Part shown: piece by piece, positions 39,405-52,039 of the stretch
Layout of the letters: each line of letters begins with the position of its first letter
Numbering within the stretch: position 1 is the first letter of the stretch
From: Octopus sinensis
Taxonomy: Eukaryota
Direction of reading: 5' to 3'
Assembly (NCBI RefSeq): GCF_006345805.1
Contig: NC_043025.1
Coordinates: forward strand, 15,686,001 to 15,750,000
Length of the DNA: 64,000 nucleotides
Notes under the pieces: generated by a model
Databases searched by the model: none
What the model saw: the letters and a program-made list of their open reading frames with translations, nothing else
Told to the model about the DNA's origin: nothing
Made by a program: the position numbers and the translations under genes

Positions 39405-39629
39405 TGTAAAATAATATGTGACAATTATTCAATAGCCAACATAAAACTCTGAGTTTCAGATGCCGAGGTGGAAATCCACACCACCATCTCTTTGGTTATC
39501 TGGCTATCTGTTTTTTTTTTGTTTTTTTTTTTTTTTAACCGAAGAGATGGTGGTGTGAATTTCCACTTCAGCATTTGAAACTCAGAGTTTTATCTTGACT
39601 ATTGAGTAATTGTCACATATTATTTTACA
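39405..39629. repeat. Inverted repeat, ~94-bp arms with a 37-nt T-rich spacer
   Basis: TGTAAAATAATATGTGACAATT...TTTGGTTA (39405-39498) versus TAACC...CACATATTATTTTACA (39536-39629), about 8 mismatches. Confidence 0.88.
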
Positions 39630-39688
39630 GATAAATTTCCTCTATTTACATAATATTGAGGTCTCTTTCTTTCTTTTGTTATCTTACC

Positions 39689-39732
<44 letters not shown>

Positions 39733-39745
39733 CCCACTCTATATA

Positions 39746-39776
<31 letters not shown>

Positions 39777-40195
39777 GCAAAATAGATTGACCAGATAGAC
39801 AGATATACATATACTAACATATATACTTATATATACACAAGAAGACACATCCCCTGCAACAGAATTGATGTTGTTGCTGGTCTATTTTGAAATCATTGCT
39901 GGTGCCAAAGAGAGAGCACCTTGTATACTCTGTGGAGTGGTTGGCATTAGGAAGGGCATCCAGCAGCAAAAACCATGCCAGAAGAGACAATGGAACTTGG
40001 TGCAGCCCCTGGTCTTGCCAACACTGGTCAAACAGGCTAATCCATGCCAGCATGAAAACGGATATTAGATGATGATGATGATGATGTTATATATATACAC
40101 ATATGCAACACAAATATATATATAGAAAGAGAGAAAGACAAGTGTATAAACAACAAACAGGTGTATTAATTTAACACTTGAAAAGGTGAGAAAGT

Positions 40196-40231
40196 CTTTT
40201 ACGTTTCGAGCCTATGCTCTTCAACAGAAAG
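40196..40231 (-). ncRNA. Very small hammerhead-like motif (A6U plus an extra A after position 9); decayed copy at 34211-34246
   Basis: Minus strand: CTTT-CTGTTGAA-GAGC(ATAG)GCTC-GAAA-CG-TA/AAAG. Confidence 0.45.
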
Positions 40232-40965
40232 GAACATGAAAAAATAAACAGGGAATAAAAAAAGCTTTAATGGCTGGTGGTTGATCATGGTGGCTGGCTG
40301 GACATCATCATCATCATCATCTTTTAACGTCTGTTTTCCATGCAGGCATGGGTTGGACGGTTTGACAGGAGCTGGTCAGCTGCCTGGACTCCGACATTTT
40401 TTCTTGGCATGGTTTCTATGACTGGATGCCCATCCTAGTGCCAACCACTTTACAGAGGGTAGTGGGTGCTTTTACATAGTACCAGCAAGGGTGCTTTTTA
40501 TGTGGTCCCGGCCACCGGAGACATACCTGCATGCAAGAATGACCATGTATTTACTTGTTGTGTCTTCTCAAGCACAGCAAACCGCCAGAAGTCTCAGCAC
40601 CTTGTCGTCCCTTCTGTGACCCCTAATATATATATTCTTTTACTCTTTCATTTGTTTCAGTCATCTGACTGCGGCCATGCTGGAGCACCACCTTGAATGG
40701 TTTTTTTTTCGTCAGACAAATCAACCCAGGACTTTTTCTAAAGCCTGTTACTTACTCCATTTGTCTGTTTGTGCTAAACCACTCAGCTATGGGGAAGGAA
40801 ACACACCAACACCTGGTTTTCAAGCAGTGGTGGAGAGAGGAACACAGACACACACACATAGATATAAGCGTACATACATACATATATGATAAATTTATAT
40901 TATTTATAGTTTTAGTCATTTTAAATTTATATCTTTAAAATATTGATTATTTTTAGATCTGAAAT

Positions 40966-41011
40966 CCACCTGATGAATGTCCTGAGAAGAGACATGAAAC
41001 AATTGTAGTGG
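40966..41011 (+). ncRNA. Minimal type I hammerhead ribozyme, canonical core
   Basis: CCAC-CTGATGA-ATGTC(CTGAGAAGA)GACAT-GAAA-CAATTG-TA/GTGG. Palindromic stem III (ACAATTGT); predicted cleavage after 41007. Confidence 0.8.
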
Positions 41012-41113
41012 CGTATATAATTTTATTTAATTTATATTAACATTTTTTTATGTATTGGATTAAGTCTTTCTTTGTTTGATTTGCAAAATAGTGGTTTTGT
41101 CTCTAATTAATAT

Positions 41114-41163
<50 letters not shown>

Positions 41164-43193
41164 ATGGGCTTCTTTCAGTTTCCATCTACTAAATCCTCTC
41201 ACAAGGCTTTGGTCGGCTTTGGTCGGTGTGTGTGTGTATGTGTGCATACATGGATGTTTGCATTGTGTGTGCCTTTGCATAACATCATTTGAGCAACACA
41301 GAGGTGTCACACACATTTCCTGCAAAGAGTACGTCGTCCTGCAGTTCTGCTCTTTCTAAGCTATGTAGAATATAAAACAAATCCCTGATTAACAAACCAG
41401 GTACGGGTGGGTGACAGAAAAGGCATCCAGCTGTAAAATCCTGTCTCAATATCTTTGGCCAGCCCATTGCATGGAAAACTGGGTGTAAAAATGAGCAAAC
41501 CAGTGCAATAAACCTTTACTCAGAAATCTGTATGGTCTGGCACGGAAGGAGGTTCTACACTCTAAAATTCCTACACCACAGACATCTGCAGTTGTTGCCA
41601 AACCCTAAATCATGACAGGGGGAAGAAGGGGTCAATAACTGGAGCTAAACACTCTTCTGTGTGAGAAACCACATTTAGTTTCATTTAAGAAAGGACTTCC
41701 TATTTGTAATGTGCAATATTTATTTTTGGCATTTTGTAAATTTCTCTGAGTGTTTTCCTCCTCCACCTCCTCCTCCTCCTCCTTATTCCTCTTTTTTCTT
41801 CTTCTTTTTCTTCTTCTTCTTCTTGTTTTTTCATGCTGGCATGGGTTGGATGGTTTGACAGGATCCAGTGAGCTGCATCATGCTCCAGTGTCTGCTTCGC
41901 CATAGTTTCCATGGCTGGATGCCCATCCTAATGCCAGCCACTTCACAGAGGGTATTGAGTCCTTTTTCCTCATACCACTGGCACCAGGGAAGTAAAAAAA
42001 AAAATACTTAACAAAATTAATATCTCAAGCAATGATTAAGAAGTCAGTGACATTATTTATTAATAATTTATTAATTTTGTTTATTTATTAATGATTTAAT
42101 TAAGAAACTTAAGGCCCAGGAATCAATGCTGTAAAAATATGTGCAAACACATCTGTGTAATCAACTTATCTGTATTCAACCTACCTGGGCAGGTGAAAGT
42201 GACATGACAACAGGCAAAGAACAACAAGTAAAAACCACATTCACAATGTACACCAGCAACACTGCATAATAAAATTTTTATTATTATTCGTCTTTGGTCA
42301 ATAAGTGTTATTTCCTATTTGATTTTATCTGGAAACCAAAGGAAATGACTTCTATTCCCTTCACACTTTGCTTTTGTCACCTGGACATCAATGTTTAGAA
42401 ACCGACTTATTTGCCATTACATTTCACACAGATTCAGTGCTGAGTTGCTGAAGCAGAAATATCATTACAGAAAATATTCTGCTCAATACCACAGGTGCTT
42501 GACCCTAACCACTAGAGCATGTCCCTTAGTGGTTGATAATATGTGCATCTCTGATCATGAAGAGGAGTAGAGGGGGAGCATCATAGCCCTGTGTTGAGAG
42601 GGATTCTTTGAGGTCTGAATAAATATTGTAACAATAGCAAAGTTTGAAGGCAATATTATCCATTTTTCATACTTTCTAGGGGTCATCAACTAGGAAATAA
42701 CAGTTGCTTGCCAAGGACACAAATCCTGTATCATGGAGCAATCATTAGATTGTATCACCAAATTCCATTCACGTTCGTTTAATATTTTTTTTGTTATTGG
42801 ACAAACTGCATTTCACCAAAATCTCTAGTTTTTAACAGGGTTGAGAGATTTATAGAAAGAAAAATCAGTACAAGACTTTAAGAATTACAGCACCAGGTGT
42901 CACCACCATCAGCCCTAATGAAGCTGCTGATTAATTACCATACTTTATGACATATGCATTTTTTTCCAAAAAAATTACTCCGGGTCCTATATGCAAAGTT
43001 GCTCTGAAATCTTTTTTCCTGACTATGTGCTGCTGAAATAGGAATGCATTTTATACAGCCATGAGTCTTTCATGCCAACAAATACGGTAATTTGGTTGTA
43101 CTAAATCTAGTCTGATTGGTAACCACGACATGTCTCATCACACATCTCGTGCTGCTTTTGTAGATTTCCACTGAATTGCTTTCACCATGGCAA

Positions 43194-43376
43194 TCAATCA
43201 TCTTCTTCTTCTTCGTCTCCATTTTCCTGTCTGTGCATCACTCCAAACAGCTCCTTGGAACTAAAGCCAGTTTTGTTGATAGCCATAATAGGTGTCATTG
43301 CAGACCTCATGCTGTTGTAGATCTTCGGGAAGAGGAGTTCTTGTGCTGCCAGCAGTTGCTTCATTCGGTGTCGTTC
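43194..43376 (-). CDS. TtcA-like thiolase-domain protein, last coding exon
   Basis: TTGCAG acceptor; ERHRMKQLLAAQELLFPKIYNSMRSAM...DEEEDD*; phase 0. Confidence 0.92.
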   Translation of the reverse strand, partial: ERHRMKQLLAAQELLFPKIYNSMRSAMTPIMAINKTGFSSKELFGVMHRQENGDEEEEDD

Positions 43377-43976
43377 CTGCAATAAAAGTCACATGACATT
43401 AACACATGATACCAGCCGTACAACAGAGGAGACAACAACAGAGGAAACTTCTACAACAGTTGGCCTGATGAACCACATCTCCTGTGGCCCACATCTTATA
43501 AAAGGTAACCCATGCTTGCTCTACATGAGGTAAGGCCATTTGGAAATAACAGCAAAAAAAAAAAGCAAAATACAGATGTACTGAGACCTAGGATTTGAAC
43601 TCAATTCTCTGAGTTATAACTCAAGTGCCATGAATGGACCACACGATTGTTGTTTATTTGCTCTGTTTATTAACCAAACAGCTCACAAAGGATCACACCA
43701 CGAAGAGTGGACAAAAAGGAATTTCCTCGGATTTTGCACTTTTTCTAGCGATAAAACCCAAAGAAGTTCACGTAAATCAAAGGCAGAGGCTTAGCAAGAT
43801 TCTGCTGGCTCCCACCTCCTTGCCCCTTGCTTCAAGAAAATCAAGGGATGAGTAAAAGCAGTTAAAGATATGTTGTCTTACTTTTGACCAAAGCAAACCA
43901 AAAATTTGAGAAGATTTCAATAAACTCACATAAACTCAATTTTCATTCAAGACGAAACTTGTTCTGGTCACTAGAA

Positions 43977-45460
43977 TTAACCCTTTCGTTACCAACCTGG
44001 CTGAAACCACCACTGGCTCTGGGTACAAATGTCTTCTTTTCATAAGTTTTGAATTAAAATCTCCCACCAAACCTTAGTCACAATTTATGTTCCTAACACT
44101 AGCTTAATGATAACCAAGTTATTTTACTAAATTCTTTGTTATATTTAAAGTAATTGAAAGAAACACAGAGCATCTCAGCAGAAATATTGTAACAAAATGG
44201 TTAAGATATATAATAGAGAAATAATTCTTAACCCTTTTGATACCAACCTGGCTGAAAACACCTCTGGTTCCTTAGTACAAATGTCTTGTTTTCAAAAGTT
44301 CTGAATTAAAATCTCCACCAAACCTTAGTCACAATTTATGTTCCTAACACTAGCTGAATGATAATTAAGTTATTTTACTAAATTCTTTGTTATATTTAAA
44401 GTAATTGAAAGAAACACAGAGCATCTCAACAGAAATATGGTAACAAAATGGTTAAGATATGTAATAGAGAAATAATTCTTAACCCTTTTGATACCAACCT
44501 GGCTGAAACCACCTCTGGTTCCTTAGTACAAATGTCTTGTTTTCAAAAGTTCTGAATTAAAATCTTCCACCAAACCTTAGTCACAATTTATGTTCCTAAC
44601 ACTAGCTGAATGATAATTAAGTTATTTTACTAAATTCTTTGTTATATTTAAAGTAATTGAAAGAAACACAGAGCATCTCAACAGAAATATGGTAACAAAA
44701 TGGTTAAGATATATAATAGAGAAATAATTCTTAACCCTTTTGATACCAACCTGGCTGAAACCACCTCTGGTTCCTTAGTACAAATGTCTTGTTTTCAAAA
44801 GTTCTGAATAAAATCTTCCACCAAACCTTAGTCACAATTTATGTTCCTAACACTAGCTGAATGATAATTAGTTATTTTACTAAATTCTTTGTTATATTTA
44901 AAGTAATTGAAAGAAACACAGAGCATCTCACAGAAATATGGTAACAAAATGGTTAAGATATATAATAGAGAAATAATTCTTAACCCTTTTGATACCAACC
45001 TGGCTGAAACCACCTCTGGTTCCTTAGTACAAATGTCTTGTTTTCAAAAGTTCTGAATAAAATCTTCCACCAAACCTTAGTCACAATTTATGTTCCTAAC
45101 ACTAGCTGAATGATAATTAAGTTATTTTACTAAATTCTTTTTTATATTTAAAGTAATTGAAAGAAACACAGAGCATCTCAACAGAAATATGGTAACAAAA
45201 TGGTTAAGATATATAATAGAGAAATAATTCTTAACCCTTTTGATACCAACCTGGCTGAAACCACCTCTGGTTCCTTAGTACAAATGTCTTGTTTTCAAAA
45301 GTTCTGAATTAAAATCTTCCACCAAACCTTAGTCACAATTTATGTTCCTAACACTAGCTGAATGATAACTAAGTTATTTTACTAGATTCTTTTGTTATAT
45401 TTAAAGTAATTGAAAGAAACACAGAGCATCTCAAAATAAATACAGTAACGAAAGGGTCAA
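43977..45460. repeat. Six tandem ~251-bp units, each a piggyBac-type MITE plus a 23-bp spacer
   Basis: Units start at 43981, 44232, 44483, 44735, 44984 and 45235. Each is TTAA-CCCTTT...AAAGGG/AAATGG-TTAA. Confidence 0.9.
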
Positions 45461-46325
45461 GTCATTAATGATCATAGAATTTAGACTGTATGAAAGTCCA
45501 TCTCTATATCCCAACTCTCTGCCAGGGAATATCTGAAAATCCACATCATCGTGATCACATGGATATTGATCGAATCCCTTGCAAGTTAACATGAGGTCTC
45601 CTAACGACAATTGTAAACTTCCTGTAATCAAGCTATCCTCAACCTGAAGAGTAATTTGCAGTTCTCCGCTCGTTTGGATAATTACTACTTCTGAGAGTCT
45701 GCTAGCTGGGAAACATATGTAGCCTGGACTTTATCTACTCCATTCCCTAATCTTGGATGTATGAGTGGGAGGGGATTAGTTTTTCCCGAAATAAATATAA
45801 AATGTTCATAAGTTTCATTTCCAACATGGTGCAGGTGTGGCTGTGTGGTAAGTAGCTTGCTTCCCAACCACATGGTTCTGAGTTCAGTCCCACTGCATGG
45901 CACCTTGGGCAAGTATCTCGGGTCAACCAAAGCCTCATGAGTGGATTTGGCAGAGGGAAACTGAAAGAACCCCACCGTGTGTGTGTGTCTTTGTATCGGT
46001 GTTTGTCCCCCACCATCACTTGTAAACCGCTGTTGGTGTGTTTACATCCCCATAACGTAGCAGTTTGGCTAAAGAGATTGAGAGTACCAGGTTTAAAAAC
46101 CCAAAATAAATCCTGGGGTTGATTCGTTTGATTAAAATTCATGATGGCTGTGCCCCAGCATGGCCACAGTCTAACGACTGTAACAAGATAACAGATAACA
46201 CATGCAGCCCCAGCCTAATCTGCAATAATCCTCCACCGTGAACCTGGATGATGTAATCCTAGATACACTGTGCTCAAAAGAAAAAAACACACCCACCACC
46301 CTCAATTCTATGACCACCATCTTAC

Positions 46326-46379
46326 CTTTGGTGCTTCGAAACATGCTGGACAATTCTCACTGATGACAGGAAGTTGATT
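46326..46379 (-). CDS. TtcA-like protein exon (second CXXC)
   Basis: CTGCAG / NQLPVISENCPACFEAPK / GTAAG; 54 bp, phase 0-0. Confidence 0.92.
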
Positions 46380-47520
46380 CTGCAGAGAGAGAGAGAGGAG
46401 AGTCACATGGTAGGTCACATGATGTCACTGGAGCTGCTGGCAAAGAGCCACATGTAAAGTAAATATCTATTTCTTTACAACCCACAAGGGGCTAAACACA
46501 GAGGGGACAAACAAGGACAGACAAACTGATTAAGTCGATTACATCGACCCCCAGTGCATAACTGGTACTTAATTTATCGACCCCGAAAGGATGAAAGGCA
46601 AAGTCAACCTCGGCAGAATTTGAACTCGGAACGTAACGACAGACGAAATACGGCTACGCATTTCGCCCAGCATGCTAACTTTTTGCCAGCTCGCCGCCTT
46701 CAATATATACCTGTGTGGTCCGGCCTGGAACCGGGTGCATGCTTCAATGAAGCAAGGATACTGGTCGGCCGGATAACCTGAACGAGTCTAGAAAATGTGA
46801 AACGTGTGATTTTTTGTGTGTTTTAAAAAAGAAAAAAGAATTCAGAACATTGTGTTGTTTAAGTAAGTGGTTTATTGCCTCATTGTGTTTTGGGGGAAAA
46901 AAGGGAAAAAGAACATTGTTTTAGAGAAGCAAAAGTCGGCGGGCGCTTTTCGTCTTCTCCCATCATCATCATTTTTGCATCACCATCCATGTCCAGCCTG
47001 CAAAGCTTCCATCTGTGTGATACCCTTGTGGCAAATTATATGAAAAAGAAGCTTGCTTCCCAACCACATGGCTTCAGGTTCAATCCCACCGTGTGGCACC
47101 TTGGACAAGCATCTTTAATATAGCCCTAAGCCAATGAAGTCCTTGTGGGTGGATTTAGGGCAGATGGAAACTGGAAGCAGTTCATTTACAATGTGAGGGT
47201 GTGTATGAGGGTGTATGTGCGAATGGGGGGAGGGGTGAATGTGTCTGTGTTTGTCCCCCATCACTACAGAGTGTGCTGGGTGCTTTTGGATGCCACCACC
47301 CCCACCTCACAGCACAAGTGCATTTACAAGGCACCAGCACAAGACTCAGCCTAAACGCTTTTACTACAGAGTACAGGTCTTCCTGAGTACAGCAAGGCAC
47401 CAGGCATCTCAGTCTATTGCCGTCTTGTCTGAAAGGTTAAGTGTCCTGAGGTTGCCCTTCAGCACATCGTCCCATGTCTTCCTGGATCTCCCACTTCCAC
47501 ACATTTTCTCTCTCTTTGTA

Positions 47521-47575
<55 letters not shown>

Positions 47576-47576
<1 letters not shown>

Positions 47577-47892
47577 GGGCGCGTGGCTTAGTGGTTAGGG
47601 CATTCGGCTCATGATCGTAAGGTTGTGAGTTCGATTCCCAGTGACGCGTTGTGTCCTTGAGCAAGACACTTTATTTCACGTTGCTCCACTCCACTCAGCT
47701 GGCAAAAATGAGTTGTACTTGTATTTCAAAGGGTCAGCCTTGTCACTCTCTGTGTCACGCTGATTATCCCCGAGAACTACGTTAAGGGTACACGTGTCTG
47801 TGGAATGCTCAGCCATTTGCACGTTAATTTCACGAGCAAGCTGTTCCGTTGATCGTATCAGCTGGGACCCTCGTCGTCGTAACCGGCGGAGT
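47576..47892 (+). mobile_element. tRNA-derived SINE
   Basis: GTGGCTTAGTGGTTAGGG...GTTCGATTCC head; tail shared with 25810-26190. Confidence 0.85.
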
Positions 47893-48349
47893 CTTTTTTT
47901 TTTTTATATATATATAAATTAAATTAGAGATAAAACCACTATTAGGCAAATCAAACAGTGAAAAACATAAACCAAGACATAAAAATAAAAATAATTAATA
48001 TAATATAGAAAATATAAAATTTAAATTATTTAGATTTAAAATTAAAATTATTAATTTATATTTATAAATTTTTATGAATTTTTATTTATTTTTTTTATTT
48101 TTTTTATTTTATTATTTTGTTATTTTATTTTATTTTATTATTTTTATTAAAAAGTTTAATATAAGATAAAAGTATATACACATCCTCATCATTATCATTT
48201 TAATGTCCTCCTCTCCATGCTTGCAGGGGTCATATGGAATTTATTGAGGGTGTATCTCTACAGTTAGATGTCCTTCCTGTTGCCAATGAATTCCATCTGA
48301 CCCATGCAAGCATGGAAAGGAGGACATAAAAATGATAATGATGAGGATG

Positions 48350-48404
<55 letters not shown>

Positions 48405-48733
48405 ATAAATAGTGAGGGATTACTAATGTAGGCAAAAATATTTCATAACCTTGCTGTTGGCACACCAGGCTAACAGTATTACTTAGATTTGTGAAGAGCC
48501 CCAGATAATCCTGTGGTAGGGTCCAAGGTTATGTTATAACCAGAAATGGCTCTGATGACAGTAGCATTAATTTTTTTACGTCATTCAATTTCGTTCCACT
48601 GATCAACAGAGTAGTTGAGTAAACCTATTAGTAATGAGTAAACCTATAAAGATGACCCGAAACAGCTGTAAGCCAAATTTTATCCAATAAAGGAAACATA
48701 TGTAATGACCGTCATTATTAACTTGTTTCTTAT

Positions 48734-48765
<32 letters not shown>

Positions 48766-48971
48766 GTAGCTGTTTGGTTAATAATTTTGCTTTTCAAGCC
48801 CAGTGCTTCAGGTTCAGTCCCACTTTGAGCCACCTTAGGTGTATGTTTACAATATAGACAAAAATCTATTCCAGGGATTTCAATTGAAAATGAACAAACA
48901 GACAGACAAATAGTCTGACCAACATAAAAATGGAGAAACAAATTGACCAACAGACAAATAGATGTTTTTAC

Positions 48972-49044
48972 CTTTTCAGCAAACCTTCGTAAGTTCTTTT
49001 CTCTGACATAAACCAAAGGTCGAATAACTCGGAGGTCGTTATCC
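48972..49044 (-). CDS. TtcA-like protein exon
   Basis: TTGCAG / (Q)DNDLRVIRPLVYVREKNLRRFAEK / GT; 73 bp, phase 2-0. Confidence 0.92.
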
Positions 49045-49612
49045 CTGCAAGACCAGAATTATACTATCATCATCATTATCATTCAATGTCCATTTCCCAT
49101 GCTGGCATGGGTTTGACACATGACAATTAAACACACAGGTCTCAGCTCAAATGTTAACCACATTAAACTCATACCATGGCTTGGACCCACAGGTTGTCCG
49201 TATTTCATGTCATAATACAAAGAGCACAGCAATAATAATAGGAGAAAAGGACATGGGCGTAACTTAATCCTGTATTCCAAATGTTACATATGTTTCAGTA
49301 TTCAGCAACAACATGACGTTACACAATAGATGTGTCCAGTACATGCAGCTTATAGAGCAAACATGGTTAGAAAAACATTATCAACAGAAACTTCAAAGTT
49401 TCAGCCAGTTAGCTGATAAAAGCTAGTAGGATGAAACTGCGAAGTCACTATCATCACCACTCGTCTGCTAGAAGTATAAATATTTACTCTACAAAAAGTA
49501 CTGAGTAATTCTTCAGTTTAATATAAAATTGTTTTTAAATATAACTTGACTTAAAAATTAATATACATATATTTATACACACACCAGAGACAGAAGATTG
49601 TATTGTACTCAC

Positions 49613-49675
49613 TGAACTGTGTAATGGGCCTTCATGGTCCTCATGATTCCATTGTGGAAGAAAGACATAAGGAAA
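49613..49675 (-). CDS. TtcA-like protein exon
   Basis: TTACAG / (S)FLMSFFHNGIMRTMKAHYTV(Q) / GTGAGT; 63 bp, phase 2-2. Confidence 0.92.
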
Positions 49676-49737
49676 CTGTAAAAGAGAAGAGAGAAAGATT
49701 TATATAACATAGAATATTATGTAACTTGTGGATGACA

Positions 49738-50150
49738 TAGTTATGTGGGGCTCACATTTTATAATACAGAGACTGTAACTAGAAAAGGTATAGATATGTG
49801 GGGGTCACATTTTGTAACACAGAGACTGTAACTAGAAAAGGCATAGATATGTGGGGCTCACATTTTGTAATATAGAGACTGTAACTAGAAAAGGCATAGA
49901 TATGTGGGGCTCACAATTTGTAATACAGAGACTGTAACTAGAAAAGGTATAGATATGTGGGGGTCACATTTTGTAATACAGAGACTGTAACTAGAAAAGG
50001 CATAGATATGTGGGGCTCACATTTTGTAATACAGAGACTGTAACTAGAAAAGGCATAGATATGTGGGGCTCACATTTTGTAATACAGAGACTGTAACTAG
50101 AAAAGGCATAGATATGTGGGGGTCACATTTTGCAATATACAGTGTAACTG
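49738..50150. repeat. 53-bp intronic minisatellite (~8 copies)
   Basis: Unit GATATGTGGGGSTCACATTTTGTAATACAGAGACTGTAACTAGAAAAGGCATA; period 53 (49793, 49846...). Confidence 0.92.
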
Positions 50151-50334
50151 TAGAAGATATAGTTATGTGGCAGTCATGCTTTATAATGCATGGACCACTG
50201 AAATATGGTTAATGCAAAACAGTTGATGTAGATAATGGTGGTGGTGATAATGATGATGACGACATGGGCTATAGTGATGAGGATGAGGATAGTGGAGGGA
50301 AATACGATGAAGGACTGTTAGTTTGAAACTTTAC

Positions 50335-50488
50335 CTTTCAGCAAGGTCGTCCAAGTGTTGCCCCAGGGACACAACATTGTAGCCCTCCCGTCGGGCACAC
50401 ATATAGATACGTCCCCGCTTCATACGACTACAGAAGCTGCAAATCGACTCACATTTGTACGGGAGGTTGGAGGCTGTGTCCATTATAC
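50335..50488 (-). CDS. TtcA-like protein exon (first CXXC and GxHxDD)
   Basis: TTCCAG / (G)IMDTASNLPYKCESICSFCSRMKRGRIYMCARREGYNVVSLGQHLDDLAE(S) / GT; 154 bp, phase 1-2. Confidence 0.93.
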
Positions 50489-52039
50489 CTGGAAGTAGTA
50501 GTAGTAGTAGTAGTGATAACAACAACAACAACAACAATAATTTCAAATTTTGGTACAAGGCGAACAATTCTGGGGGAGAGTCTAAGTCGATTACATCGAC
50601 CCTTGTACTCAACTGGTACTTACTTTATCAACTCCTTAAAGGATGAGAGGCAAAGCTGACCCATGGCAGAATTTGAACTCAGAACATAAAGATGGACAAA
50701 ATACGTATTTCTTTATTACCTACAAGGAGCTAAACATAGAGGGGACAAACAAGGACAGACATAGGTATTAAGTCGATTATATCGACCCCAGAGCATCACT
50801 GGTACTTAATTTATCGACCCCAAAAGGATGAAAGGCAAAGTCGACCTCTGCGGAATTTGAACTCAGAATGTAACGGCAGACGAAATACCTATTTCTTTAC
50901 TACCTACAAGGGGCTAAACACAGAGGGGACAAACAAGGACATACATAGGCATTAAGTCGATTATATCGACCCCAGAGCGTCACTGGTACTTAATTTATCG
51001 ACCCCGAAAGGATGAAAGGCAAAGTCGACCTCGGCGGAATTTGAACTCAGAACGTAACGACAAACGAAATATCGGTAAGCATTTCGCCCGGCATGCTAAC
51101 CAATCTGCCAGCTCACAGCCTTAACAATACCAACTGAATCCAAGGGAGGAAATTTTTGGAAGCAACACAGAATCGAAGGGAAGTAACCTCGTAACAGCTG
51201 CTAATTTTATCACGAAAATATTCTTTTCTTTTCTAAGCAGATGGCCCGAAATTTTTTTTGGGGTGGGGGGGCAGTCGATTAGATCAACTTCAGTACGGAA
51301 ATGGTACTTCATTTATCGACCCCGAAAGGATGAAAGGCAAAGTCGATCTCGGCGAAATTTGAACTCAGAACGTAGCAGCAGACAAAATACCTATTTCTTT
51401 ACTACCCACAAGGGGCTAAACACAGAGAGGACAAACAAGGACAATTGATTAAGTCAGTGCGTAGCTGGTACTTAATTTATCGACCCCGAAAGGATGAAAG
51501 GCAAAGTCGACCTCGGCAGAATTTGAACTCAGAATGTAACGGCAGACGAAATACCGCAAAGCATTTCGCCCGGCGTGCTACCGTTTCTGCCAGCTCATTG
51601 CTTTTTTTATCACCAAAATATTGTGGTAGGAATGCTATAAATTAATGGACAATCCTTTAGATCCGTCCAAATGGATTTCAGACGAGTTCGACCTCCATAA
51701 AGAGTGTTACCAGTGGAGAACATGCCTCCCTTTGTCTTTTATTTTCTATCTTTTACTCGTTTCAGTTTTTAGACTGTGGCCATGCTGGGGCACCACCTTG
51801 AAGGGCTCTTGTTGAACAAATCAACCCCAGGACTCATTTTTCATTAACTTTTTTTGCTCTCTTTTACGGAACCACTGTGTTAAAAGAGCGTAAACAAACC
51901 AACAGCTGTCAAGCAGTGGTGGGGACAAACCTAGCCTCAACGTTCATTGTTTTTCTTTTTTTATTTGTTTATTGGAATTGTTTCTTTATTTGACTTGACT
52001 ATATACATATATATAGATAGATATAGATATATAAATATA

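Noticed and set aside
22531-39452. Poly-I/Y/L and YIYI ORFs
   Set aside because: Frame translations of ATT, TA and GATA microsatellites.
43465-43471. CTGATGA as another hammerhead core
   Set aside because: No correctly placed GAAA, stem III or matching stem I downstream.
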